From Rhizobiaceae bacterium (GTDB lineage: Bacteria > Pseudomonadota > Alphaproteobacteria > Rhizobiales > Rhizobiaceae), in contig JBGTLX010000071.1 of NCBI GenBank assembly GCA_041743855.1, positions 1 to 42,253 on the forward strand: DNA of 42,253 nt, read 5' to 3'. Below are positions 18,500-26,829 of this stretch, piece after piece. Numbering within the stretch: the first letter of the stretch is position 1; each line of letters starts with the position of its first letter. A program made the translations under genes and the position numbers. The notes under the pieces are model-generated. The model did not search any database. It was not told the DNA's origin and was given only the letters and a program-made list of their open reading frames with translations.

Positions 18500-19657
18500 T
18501 CAAAAAGATCGCGGCAGGCCGAGGATATGTTCGGCCACATAGGACAGGATCAGGTTGGTCGAGATCGGGGCGACCTGGTAGAGGCGCGTCTCGCGGAACT
18601 TGCGCTCGACATCGTATTCGGCGGCGAAGCCGAAGCCGCCATGGAACTGGATGCAGGCATTGGCCGCTTCCCACGAGGCGTCGGCTGCAAGCAGCTTGGC
18701 CATGTTGGCCTCCGCGCCGCAGCCCTCATGGGCGTCGAATTTCCGCGCCGCCTCGAAGCGCATCAAGTTGGCCGCCTCGACGTTGACAAAAGCCCGGGCG
18801 ATCGGAAATTGCACGCCCTGGTTCTGGCCGATCGGCCGGTCGAAGACGATCCGCTCTTTGGCGTAAGTGCTTACCTTGTCGATGAACCAGTAACCGTCGC
18901 CGATGCATTCGGCGGCGATCAGCGTACGCTCGGCGTTCAGCCCGTCGAGGATGTAGCGGAAGCCCTTTCCTTCCTCGCCGATCAGGCTGTCAGCCGGAAT
19001 CTCGAGGTTGTCGAAGAACAGCTCGTTGGTCTCGTGGTTCACCATGTTGCGGATCGGCGTGACTGTCAGACCTTTGCCGATCGCCTGATGTACGTCGACG
19101 AGGAAGATCGACAGGCCTTCGGACTTCTTCCTCACCTCCGCCAGCGGCGTCGTGCGGGCGAGCAGGATCATCAGGTCGGAATGCTGGACGCGGGAAATCC
19201 AGACCTTCTGGCCGTTGACGACATAATGATCGCCTTTTCTCACGGCCGTGGTTTTCAGTTTCGTAGTATCCGTTCCGGCTGCCGGTTCGGTGACGGCCAT
19301 CGACTGGAGACGCAAGTCGCCGGATGCGATCCTCGGGAGGAAAAAATCCTTCTGCGCCTTGGAACCGTGCCGCAGCAGCGTGCTCATATTGTACATCTGG
19401 CCGTGACAATGGCCGGCATTGCCGCCGGAACGGTTGATCTCCTCCATCACCACGCTTGCCTCAGCTAGGCCAAGGCCAGAGCCGCCGAATTCTTCCGGGA
19501 TCATCGCCGCGAGCCAGCCGGCTTTGGTCAGCGCGTCGAGGAACTCGACCGGATAGGTCGCGGCCTGGTCGTGTTTGCGGTGGTATTCCGGCGGAAATTC
19601 CGCACATAGCGCGCGCAGCGCCTCGCGCATCTCTTGATGGCGGGGCTTCGGGATCAT
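18500..19657 (-). CDS. acyl-CoA dehydrogenase family protein
   Basis: 385 aa with blocks MAVTEPAAGTDTT, GQKVWISRV, IGQNQGVQFPIA, FHGGFGFAAEYDVERKFRETRLYQVAPISTN. The start overlaps the upstream CoA-transferase stop (ATGA). Confidence 0.88.
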   Translation of the reverse strand: MIPKPRHQEMREALRALCAEFPPEYHRKHDQAATYPVEFLDALTKAGWLAAMIPEEFGGSGLGLAEASVVMEEINRSGGNAGHCHGQMYNMSTLLRHGSKAQKDFFLPRIASGDLRLQSMAVTEPAAGTDTTKLKTTAVRKGDHYVVNGQKVWISRVQHSDLMILLARTTPLAEVRKKSEGLSIFLVDVHQAIGKGLTVTPIRNMVNHETNELFFDNLEIPADSLIGEEGKGFRYILDGLNAERTLIAAECIGDGYWFIDKVSTYAKERIVFDRPIGQNQGVQFPIARAFVNVEAANLMRFEAARKFDAHEGCGAEANMAKLLAADASWEAANACIQFHGGFGFAAEYDVERKFRETRLYQVAPISTNLILSYVAEHILGLPRSF

Positions 19658-20817
19658 TGCTCAGCCTTGCGTTCGAGGAGGTCCGAAAGACCGAATTCGG
19701 CAAGAATGGACGCCGTGTGCCCGCCCAGCGCGGGCACCGGATCAATGCGCGGCTCCCAAGCATTTCCGCTGATCGGCTTCAGCGCTGGGAGGGCTCCCGC
19801 CGGCGAATCCACTTCGCGCCAGCGGTCGCGTGCGGCAAGCTGGGGATGGTCCCACAGGGCGGCCATGTCGTTGACGCGCGCCGTGCCGATACCGGCCTGC
19901 TCCAGCCGTGCGATTGCTTCATCCGTCGCAAGAAAGCCTAGAATGCCGGCGATCACCGGCTCCAGAAAATCGCGATGTCCGGCGCGGCCCGAATTGCCCT
20001 TGAAGCGCGGGTCCGCGGCAAGATCCTCGCGCATAAGCACCTGTCCGGCGAAAGACGCCCATTCGCGATCGTTCTGCAGGCCGAAAAACACGCTGCCGTC
20101 GGCCGTGGCGTAGGGGCCGTAGGGGTAGATGGTCGCATGGCCGGCGCCGCTGCGCGGCGGCGGTTCGGCTCCATCGAGAGCGAAATACATCGGAAATCCC
20201 ATCCACTCGGCCATGGCTTCCAGCATCGATACCTCGATGTGATCGCCACATATGGTCTTCCCGCGATGAAGAAGTGCTGCGAGGATCGAATGGTAGGCGG
20301 TAACGCCGGCCGCGATGTCGGCGATCGAAATACCAGCCTTGGCCATCTGGTCAGGCGAGCCCGTTACGGAAAGAAAGCCGGCTTCCGCCTGGATCAGGAG
20401 GTCGTAGGCCTTGCGGCCCTCGTCCGGACCGCCGCCACCGTAGCCCGAGATGGAGCAGGTAACGAGGCGGGGATTGGCTTGGCGCAACGCCGCCGGATCG
20501 AGACCGAGCCGCTCCACCGCTCCCGGCGCGAGATTCTGCACGAAGACGTCGGCCTCGGCGAGGATTGCCCGCAGCGCCTCGATCGCGCCTGTGTCCTTCA
20601 GATCGAGCGCGAGGCTCTCCTTGGAGCGGTTGGTCCAGACGAAATGGCTCGCCAGGCCGCGCGCCCGGGTGTCGTAGGCACGGGCGAAGTCGCCGCCGTC
20701 CGGCCGCTCGACCTTGATGACGCGGGCGCCCTGATCGGCGAGAAGCCGCGTGCAGTAGGGCGCGGCGATGGCCTGTTCGAGCGAGACGACCAGAAGCCCG
20801 TCGAGCGGCCGGCTCAT
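19654..20817 (-). CDS. family III (CaiB/BaiF) CoA-transferase
   Basis: 387 aa from MSRPLDGLLVVSLEQAIAAPYCTRLLADQGARVIKVERPDGGDFAR, the typical family III N-terminus. The ATG at 20817 overlaps the upstream gene stop (ATGA). The 115-codon upstream extension of the ORF was rejected. Confidence 0.88.
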   Translation of the reverse strand: MSRPLDGLLVVSLEQAIAAPYCTRLLADQGARVIKVERPDGGDFARAYDTRARGLASHFVWTNRSKESLALDLKDTGAIEALRAILAEADVFVQNLAPGAVERLGLDPAALRQANPRLVTCSISGYGGGGPDEGRKAYDLLIQAEAGFLSVTGSPDQMAKAGISIADIAAGVTAYHSILAALLHRGKTICGDHIEVSMLEAMAEWMGFPMYFALDGAEPPPRSGAGHATIYPYGPYATADGSVFFGLQNDREWASFAGQVLMREDLAADPRFKGNSGRAGHRDFLEPVIAGILGFLATDEAIARLEQAGIGTARVNDMAALWDHPQLAARDRWREVDSPAGALPALKPISGNAWEPRIDPVPALGGHTASILAEFGLSDLLERKAEQ

Positions 20818-21668
20818 CCGAGCTTCGCCTCTCCGGTCATGGCCAGATCGCCATCTGCATTGGCCGCCCACAGCTTCACTAAACCGTCGGCTCCCGGCGG
20901 GTTTCCGTTGATGCTCATTTGCGCGCCGTCGAACAGCGGCGAGACGGCGCGAAACGAGAACGCCTCCATCCACGCTTGCGGCGCATGGCGGCGAACAAGG
21001 TCGAGCAGGAGCGTCGCGATCAGCGGCCCGTGGACGACCAGGCCCGGATAGCCCTCTTCCTTGGTCACGTAGTCGCGGTCGTAGTGGATACGATGGCTGT
21101 TGAAGGTGAGCGCCGAATAGCGGAAGAGCTGGACGGGGTCGGGGGTCAGAGTCCGCCGCCACTTACCCTGTGCTGCCTTCGACGGAGAGGCCTTGACGGC
21201 CGGCGCGTCGAGGCCGCGATAGACGATGTCGTGCTCGTCGATGATCGCCGCCGCTTCGCCGGCGCGGCCGATCTCATGGCGGACGGTTACGAGCACCAGC
21301 GGCCCGTTCGCTCCCTCTTTCCGTTTGACGGCCTCGATGGTCGAGCGCCGGGCGACGCGGTCGCCGACGCGAATTTGGCCCGGAAACGAAATCCGGCTGC
21401 CCGCCCACATGCGGCGTGGCAATTCGTGGACGGGCGGCAGGAAGCCGCCGCGTCTGGGATGGCCGTCGGGCCCGATTTCGGAAAGACGGGCATTCGGAAG
21501 GAACAGCAGCCAATGGCCGAGGGGTAGAACAGGATCGCCTCTTTCAGGCTCCGGTTCGTTGCGGTCGAGCGTTGCGGCCAGCCGGTGGAGCGGTCCGGCG
21601 GCGGCGATGTCGCTGCTCACTTCACAGCGGCCGATCCAGTCCGAGTAGTCGCCCTCCGTATCGGTCAT
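20814..21668 (-). CDS. double hot-dog MaoC-type (R)-enoyl-CoA hydratase (itaconyl/mesaconyl-CoA hydratase-like)
   Basis: 284 aa. The C-terminal half has FRYSALTFNSHRIHYDRDYVTKEEGYPGLVVHGPL (MaoC dehydratase pattern). The N-terminal half is a second hot-dog-like module. Confidence 0.75.
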   Translation of the reverse strand: MTDTEGDYSDWIGRCEVSSDIAAAGPLHRLAATLDRNEPEPERGDPVLPLGHWLLFLPNARLSEIGPDGHPRRGGFLPPVHELPRRMWAGSRISFPGQIRVGDRVARRSTIEAVKRKEGANGPLVLVTVRHEIGRAGEAAAIIDEHDIVYRGLDAPAVKASPSKAAQGKWRRTLTPDPVQLFRYSALTFNSHRIHYDRDYVTKEEGYPGLVVHGPLIATLLLDLVRRHAPQAWMEAFSFRAVSPLFDGAQMSINGNPPGADGLVKLWAANADGDLAMTGEAKLG

Positions 21669-21676
21669 CGCGAGCC

Positions 21677-22090
21677 TCAGGCGACCTCGAAGCGGATCGG
21701 CTGCGCGCCTTCCCAGAGCGCCAGCCGGCCGATCTCCGGCAGCCTGTCCAGTCCGGAGGTGAGCGTGATGAAGTGGCTTCCCGCAAGCTGTCCCATCTTG
21801 CTTGCGAAATGCACGCCCCCATAGGCGAGCAGGATCTCTGTTTCCGAAATTCCGCCCGGATAAAGGATGATCTGGCCGGGGGCGGGAAAGCTGGTGTGGT
21901 TTTCGTACGAAACGCCGAAATCGAGGTCGCCCAGCGGGATCCAGACCGCCTCGCCGCTCCAGCGGACATGCACGATCTTACCGTCGAAGGGCAGCCGGCT
22001 GCGAAAGGCTGCACACGTCTTCGGTGCCCACTCCTCCTCGAACCGCGCATTGAAGATCATTCCGGCAATCGATATCTTAAGAGCGGTCAT
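21677..22090 (-). CDS. DUF3830-like (cyclophilin-like fold) protein
   Basis: 137 aa. MTALKISIAGMIFNARFEEEWAPKTCAAFRSRLPFDGKIVHVRWSGEAVWIPLG resembles DUF3830 proteins from memory. It is the first gene of the minus-strand operon, with an 8-nt gap to the next start. Confidence 0.6.
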   Translation of the reverse strand: MTALKISIAGMIFNARFEEEWAPKTCAAFRSRLPFDGKIVHVRWSGEAVWIPLGDLDFGVSYENHTSFPAPGQIILYPGGISETEILLAYGGVHFASKMGQLAGSHFITLTSGLDRLPEIGRLALWEGAQPIRFEVA

Positions 22091-22145
22091 GTGGGTTCCA
22101 GTGGTTCAATTAGCGGATCAGATCGGGCAATTCAAATCCCGCATC

Positions 22146-22169
22146 AATTGATGCGGGATAAGTATTAAT
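22146..22169. promoter_or_regulatory. perfect 24-bp palindrome ATCCCGCATCAATTGATGCGGGAT (candidate operator)
   Basis: Read directly. It is centred in the AT-rich 202-bp divergent region between DUF3830 (-) and the deacetylase-like gene (+). Confidence 0.5.
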
Positions 22170-22207
22170 CAGCGCCAATCCAACCTTAAGTCCCTACCAT
22201 CCATAAA

Positions 22208-22225
22208 GAAAAATCTGGATTTTTC
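22208..22225. promoter_or_regulatory. second palindrome GAAAAATC-TG-GATTTTTC
   Basis: 8-bp perfect inverted arms with a 2-nt spacer, in the same divergent region, ~70 nt upstream of the ATG at 22293. Confidence 0.35.
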
Positions 22226-22292
22226 AATCCTGTCGTGTTCCTATTTGATGGATCACCGAGCCGTATGGGCGGCCGGAATGGGAGAGCGAAGC

Positions 22293-23198
22293 ATGGCGAA
22301 GAAAGAAATCATTTGCGCGTTCGGCACCGACATCGATTCGGTCGCCGGCTGGATCGGCTCCTACGGCGGTGGGGATTCGCCCTCGGACATCCAGCGCGGC
22401 ATTTTCGCCAGCGAAGTCGGCAACATACGCCTTCTCAACCTTTTCAAGAAATACGGCCTCAAGACCAGCTTCTTCATTCCGGGCCATTCGATCGAGACGT
22501 TCCCGGATCAGGTCAAGCGGATCGTCGACGAAGGCCACGAGATCGGGGCGCATGGCTATCTGCACGAGAACCCGATTGCGATGACGCCGACCCAGGAAGA
22601 GGCGGTGCTGGTCAAGTGCATCGACCTGATCGAGAAACTCTCCGGCAAGGCGCCGCGCGGCTACGTTGCGCCTTGGTGGGAGATGTCGGCCTCGACCGCC
22701 GGCCTGCTGCAGAAATACGGCTTCAAATACGACCATAGCCAAGGCTACCGCGACTTCCAGCCCTTCTATGCGCGCGTCGGCGACGAATGGACCGTCATCG
22801 ACTATTCCAAGAAGGCCGAGGAGTGGATGAAGCCGCTCAAGCACGGCAAGGAGATCGATCTCGTCGAGATCGGCGCCAACTGGTATGTCGACGACCTGCC
22901 GCCGATGATGTTCATGAAGAAGGCACCGAACAGCCACGGCTTCGTCAATCCGCGCGACATCGAGGAACTGTGGCGCGACCAGTTCGACTGGGTCTATCGC
23001 GAGATGGATTATGCAGTGTTTCCCTTCACCATCCATCCCGACGTCAGCGGCCGGCCGCAGGTTCTCCTGATGCTGGAGCGCCTGATCGACTACATTAACG
23101 GGCATGAGGGCGTGAAGTGGATGACCTTCGAGGAGATCGCCGAGGATTACCGCCGGCGCTTCCCGTTTGCCGGCGGCAAGCGTCCCGAAGTCATCTGA
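22293..23198 (+). CDS. polysaccharide deacetylase / PuuE-allantoinase-like family hydrolase
   Basis: [20 protein letters not shown]...[37 protein letters not shown] is the NodB-homology pattern. Length ~301 aa. The upstream 16 codons of the ORF were rejected. Confidence 0.8.
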   Translation: MAKKEIICAFGTDIDSVAGWIGSYGGGDSPSDIQRGIFASEVGNIRLLNLFKKYGLKTSFFIPGHSIETFPDQVKRIVDEGHEIGAHGYLHENPIAMTPTQEEAVLVKCIDLIEKLSGKAPRGYVAPWWEMSASTAGLLQKYGFKYDHSQGYRDFQPFYARVGDEWTVIDYSKKAEEWMKPLKHGKEIDLVEIGANWYVDDLPPMMFMKKAPNSHGFVNPRDIEELWRDQFDWVYREMDYAVFPFTIHPDVSGRPQVLLMLERLIDYINGHEGVKWMTFEEIAEDYRRRFPFAGGKRPEVI

Positions 23199-23271
23199 CT
23201 GGATCGGCTTCACATTCGACAGAACATGCAGGCGGCGCTACCGTCGCCGCCTGCTGAAACAGGAGGTCGCC

Positions 23272-23574
23272 ATGTGCTCGAGCTGCGGGTTTCCGGCTGC
23301 CCCCGGTCACTGGACCGAGGCAGGCGCGGCAAGCGCGCCCGACCGGCTGCGCGCGCGTTTCCGGCGCGTTCAGGTGCTCCAGTCTGTCCTTCCGGCCTAT
23401 GGTCTGGCCGCGCATGACGGCGCTCAGGTGCCCGGCATCCAGATCTCGACGCTTTCCGGCGACCATACGATCGTGCGCGATCTCGAAGAGGTCTGGGCGG
23501 CGGCCGAACGGCTTTTCGGCCGCCCCGTCGATCCGCTCGACCCGCACTTCCTCGGCGAGGACGAGGCCGACTAG
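23272..23574 (+). CDS. conserved-looking hypothetical small protein with N-terminal CxxC (MCSSCGFPAAPGHW...)
   Basis: 100 codons. AGGAGG SD 5 nt upstream of the ATG at 23272, and the stop overlaps the COG0523 GTG start. I recognise no family. Confidence 0.55.
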   Translation: MCSSCGFPAAPGHWTEAGAASAPDRLRARFRRVQVLQSVLPAYGLAAHDGAQVPGIQISTLSGDHTIVRDLEEVWAAAERLFGRPVDPLDPHFLGEDEAD

Positions 23575-24560
23575 TGCTGGGCGATCCTGATGGCCGTATG
23601 CGGCTCACCGTGCTCGGCGGATTTCTGGGCTCGGGCAAGACGACTTGGCTGCGGCACCAGTTGCATGACGGGTTGCTGAAGGACGCCTATGTGATCGTCA
23701 ACGAGGCTGCGGAAACGCCGGTTGACGATGCGCTGCTGTCGCGGGCTGCCAATCTTTCGGTGCTCGCCGGAGGCTGCGCCTGCTGCGATGGCAAGGCGGA
23801 TCTCATCGCGCTGCTCCGCCGCCTTTGCGACGAGCGCAGCCGAACCGAATCGGACTGCAGGCGGCTCGAGCGCATCGTGCTGGAAACCAGCGGGCTTGCC
23901 GAGCCCGGGCCGATCGTCGAGGCCATCCGCGCCGATCCTGTTCTCGTTCATCACATCGTCGTTAGCGAGATCGTCGTCGCGGCCGATGCGCTGCACGCGC
24001 TGACGCAGCTCCGTACCGAACCGCTTGGGCGCCGTCAGGTCGAGATGGCGGACCGACTGGTCGTCACCAAGGTGGACGAGGCCGGCGAAAACGCTCTCGC
24101 GCGCCTGCTGGCCACGCTTCGCGTGGTCAATCCGGGCGCGGCGATCTCCGCCGCTGTCCAAGGCTCGTCCGTTGCGCTGCCTGAATTCGCAGGAGTGGAG
24201 GCTGAGTATCTTGCTGATCTGTCTGGTGGTGAAACGCGGCCCTCGATCTTTCCGACCAGGCTGATGCTGGACGAAACGATCGACTGGACTGCATTCAGCG
24301 TCTGGATGTCGGCGCTGCTGCATGCGCGCGGCGACGACGTGCTGCGCGTCAAGGGGGTGGTGAGGACGCCGGCCGGCCGGCTTCTGCTCCAGAGCGTACG
24401 CAAGATCGTGCAGTCGCCGGAGATCCTGCCGGAGCAGGAAAACGGCCCTGACCGCGAGGACGACACGATCGTTGTGATCGGCAGGGGCTACCGGCCCCAG
24501 GATCTCGAACGCTCGCTGCGTCATTTCGCTGGGGCGCGACTATCAAGGGGGCTGCCGTGA
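23574..24560 (+). CDS. COG0523 / CobW-family G3E P-loop GTPase (putative metallochaperone)
   Basis: Walker A GGFLGSGKTT, metal motif GCACCD (CxCC), ETSGLAEP switch and VTKVD (NKxD-like), plus a CobW C-terminal domain (RVKGVVRT). An alternative start is ATG 23598 (MRLTVLGG). Confidence 0.85.
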   Translation: MLGDPDGRMRLTVLGGFLGSGKTTWLRHQLHDGLLKDAYVIVNEAAETPVDDALLSRAANLSVLAGGCACCDGKADLIALLRRLCDERSRTESDCRRLERIVLETSGLAEPGPIVEAIRADPVLVHHIVVSEIVVAADALHALTQLRTEPLGRRQVEMADRLVVTKVDEAGENALARLLATLRVVNPGAAISAAVQGSSVALPEFAGVEAEYLADLSGGETRPSIFPTRLMLDETIDWTAFSVWMSALLHARGDDVLRVKGVVRTPAGRLLLQSVRKIVQSPEILPEQENGPDREDDTIVVIGRGYRPQDLERSLRHFAGARLSRGLP

Positions 24561-25177
24561 CCAGCGACGATGTCTATCGCCAGCAGCAGTTCGGCCAGAA
24601 GACCGGCTTCGGCAAGACGCCGGCGCTTCTGGTCGTCGATTTCGTCAACGGCTTCACCGATCCCGAAATCCTCGGCGGCGGCAACATCCTGGACGCGGTG
24701 GCAGCCACGGTCCCGCTGCTGGGTTTCTTCCGCGCGCGCAAGCTCCCGGTCATCTTCACGCGCATCGTCTATGCCGACGACGGATCGGATGCAGGCATTT
24801 GGTGCCAGAAGGTGCCGCGCCTGCGCGACCTGACCGAGAACGCGCCGGCGAGCCAGGTCGTGGCGACGCTCAACCCCTGCGCCGGCGAGTTGGTCATCCG
24901 CAAGACGCAGGCTTCGGCCTTTTTCGGCACGCATCTTGGCGCCTGCCTGATCTCGAAGAGCATTGACACGCTTGTGGTTGCGGGGTGCACGACCAGTGGT
25001 TGTGTCCGCGCCAGCGTGATCGACGCGATGAGCATGAGCTACCGGACGGTCGTCGCCACCGACTGCGTCGGCGATCGTGCGATCGAACCGCACCGCGCCA
25101 ACCTCTTCGACATCGGCCAGAAATATGCCGACCTTCTGGCGGCCGAAGAAATCACTGCCGCGCTCGCTCGCGCCTGA
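24557..25177 (+). CDS. isochorismatase-family cysteine hydrolase (N-carbamoylsarcosine amidase-like)
   Basis: 206 aa. Asp-Lys-Cys triad contexts are ALLVVDFVNGF, VIRKTQASAFFGT and LVVAGCTTSGCVRASV. The start overlaps the COG0523 stop (GTGA). Confidence 0.82.
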   Translation: MTSDDVYRQQQFGQKTGFGKTPALLVVDFVNGFTDPEILGGGNILDAVAATVPLLGFFRARKLPVIFTRIVYADDGSDAGIWCQKVPRLRDLTENAPASQVVATLNPCAGELVIRKTQASAFFGTHLGACLISKSIDTLVVAGCTTSGCVRASVIDAMSMSYRTVVATDCVGDRAIEPHRANLFDIGQKYADLLAAEEITAALARA

Positions 25178-25318
25178 CGCTGCCTCAATAAGGGCGAGTG
25201 CGTGAAGCCCCGCCGCCAGCACCCGAATGCCGTCGACGATGTCAGGCATCGAGGAGAATTCTTGCGGCGTATGGCTGCGGCCGTCCTTGCTGCGCACGAA
25301 GATCATCGAAACCTTGGC
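25178..25318 (-). pseudogene. 3'-terminal remnant of an M20 amidohydrolase (N-carbamoyl-L-amino-acid / allantoate amidohydrolase-like)
   Basis: The minus-strand reading AKVSMIFVRSKDGRSHTPQEFSSMPDIVDGIRVLAAGLHALALIEAA matches the conserved C-terminal block of this family. Everything upstream is cut off by the ISL3 end at 25319. Confidence 0.55.
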
Positions 25319-26250
25319 GGGTCTTCCTCAAAGTGTGTGGTAGTTGGGCGGATGGAGCGGCAGCATTCTTGCTCGCAGAAGTTCAGCGCTTGCGCGACCA
25401 TACATTGCGCGTGTGAGGGTCTTCAGCCTGTTGACCTGCCCTTCGGTCTGGCCGTTGCTCCAGGTTGCTCAACGGCATTCCTCACAGCATCGAGGTCTCG
25501 GTTCAGCGTTCGGACGAAGCGCTGCATGGCATAGATGCCCATCTCAGATGCATCGTCCAGCCAGTCTTCCAGCTTCGAAACATCTTTGCTCCGGAAAATG
25601 CCATGAAAGCGCATGGCAAGGCTGCACATTACGGCGAAATCTCGCGAGGCTTCCTTCAGGGCATCGACCTTTGCCGCTTGCTCTGCTGTCAGCAACCCTC
25701 GCGGCTTGACGACGCAAAGTGCAGCAGCGACGATCGGCGATATCACATGGCCGGTTGCGGGATCCAAGACGCGGATCCGGGTCGGGGCCGATGGCGCGAC
25801 GATCGTGGAGGCTAAGGGAGCAATGTCCGTTCTTGCATCGTTGGCGCGTCGCCACGTGGTCAGAAGCCGCTCCAGGTTCGAGAAGCTGCAGGTGTAACCG
25901 CGACGTTTGATCTCGTCGAACAGATCGCGACCTCGGACACCACCGTCGTTCCGACGCTGCGATAGATACTCGTGGAAATAGCGGGGCGTACTCGGTCGCG
26001 GCGCGGCTGGGCGTCGGTCCGGAGGTGCATCGAACTTGAGCCATTTTGCAATGGTGCGCCGACCGAAGCCGGTTTGTCGAGCAATGTTGTCGATAGACAT
26101 TCCCGTGTCACGGAGGGTTCGCATTGTGTCAAAGACGGCTTGCCTTGAGTCAAAGACGGCTTGCCTTGAGTGGCGGTGCGTCTGCCGGGCAAGCTGCCGT
26201 CGCGTCAACATCGTGCGTTGCACACCCGTCAGGTGGAGGCGGTGAAGTGT
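25319..26250 (-). mobile_element. ISL3-family IS, copy C: 3' portion only, degenerate
   Basis: Terminal repeat GGGTCTTCCTCAAAGTGTGTGG at 25319. Transposase C-terminal blocks are GYTCSFSNLERLL, ATGHVISPIVAAALC and WSNGQTEGQVNRLKTLTRAMYGRASAELLRARMLPL. There is a 1-nt frameshift before WSNG. The inner boundary (~26250) is approximate. Confidence 0.75.
26128..26169. repeat. perfect 21-bp tandem duplication inside ISL3 copy C (GTCAAAGACGGCTTGCCTTGA x2)
   Basis: Read directly. It is in frame and duplicates SRQAVFD in the transposase remnant. Copy A has a single RQAVFE at the homologous place. Confidence 0.95.
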
Positions 26251-26600
26251 CAGGGGAACACCTATCGCTACCAGGCAATCCGGCGTGGGAAGGTGTGGTC
26301 GGTTCGTGTCAGTGCATGGTCCGGCGACATCGTCAGCGCGCGCGCGATTGGCTACTACTGAGGTCGATTTCTTCGGGTTCGGTCGGTTGCGCCTGTCAGA
26401 TACTGAGATCAGATGCCTGGTCCCTTTGCGTTTACACCGGTGCGCCATGCCTCGCAGAATGAATATGCCATCTCGGTTTCGCGTGACAGTGGTTGCGCTT
26501 TGCGGCCTACATTCTTGGCGGTCCGTCGTTTACTGTTGGTGTAGATATGTCGGTACTCGCGGGACATCTCCACTAAGCTCCCAATTCTTGGGCGAAGAAG

Positions 26601-26815
26601 ATGTTCATGAGCAAGGATCAACGCGAGATCGCGCGCAAGCTTCGTATTCTTCAGCACGCTGATGAGACCGGTCACGTCGCGATGACATGTCGATATTTTG
26701 GCGTCGGCCGCAGCAGTTTCTACCGGTGGCGTGAGGCTTACCGAAAACACGGTGACGCCGGTCTGGTGAACCGGCCGCCGATCCCGAAGTGGCATGCCAA
26801 TCGCACGCCGGACGG
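26601..26815 (+). mobile_element. IS481-family transposase 5' fragment (HTH N-terminus only)
   Basis: MSKDQREIARKLRILQHADETGHVAMTCRYFGVGRSSFYRWREAYRKHGDAGLVNRPPIPKWHANRTP is the typical IS481-type N-terminal HTH. No DDE domain follows. The boundary is approximate. Confidence 0.6.
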
Positions 26816-26829
26816 GGTGTTCACCAGCG

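Noticed and set aside
17650-18786. 378-aa plus-strand ORF over the PrpD and ACAD genes; also 19975..21051, 22224..23213, 23571..24524 and 9570..10544
   Set aside because: All lie antisense to well-supported genes and have the Arg/Gly/Ala-rich composition of high-GC shadow ORFs.
20818-21162. 115-codon N-terminal extension of the CoA-transferase ORF (19654..21162)
   Set aside because: The extension overlaps the MaoC hydratase gene in another frame. The family III N-terminus MSRPLDGLLVVSLEQ begins at 20817, with an ATGA overlap to the upstream stop.
24521-25177. Remainder of the 261-aa minus-strand ORF 24521..25306
   Set aside because: Only its first ~43 codons (25178-25306) resemble an M20 amidohydrolase C-terminus. 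The rest is antisense to the cysteine hydrolase gene and is open only because of GC bias.
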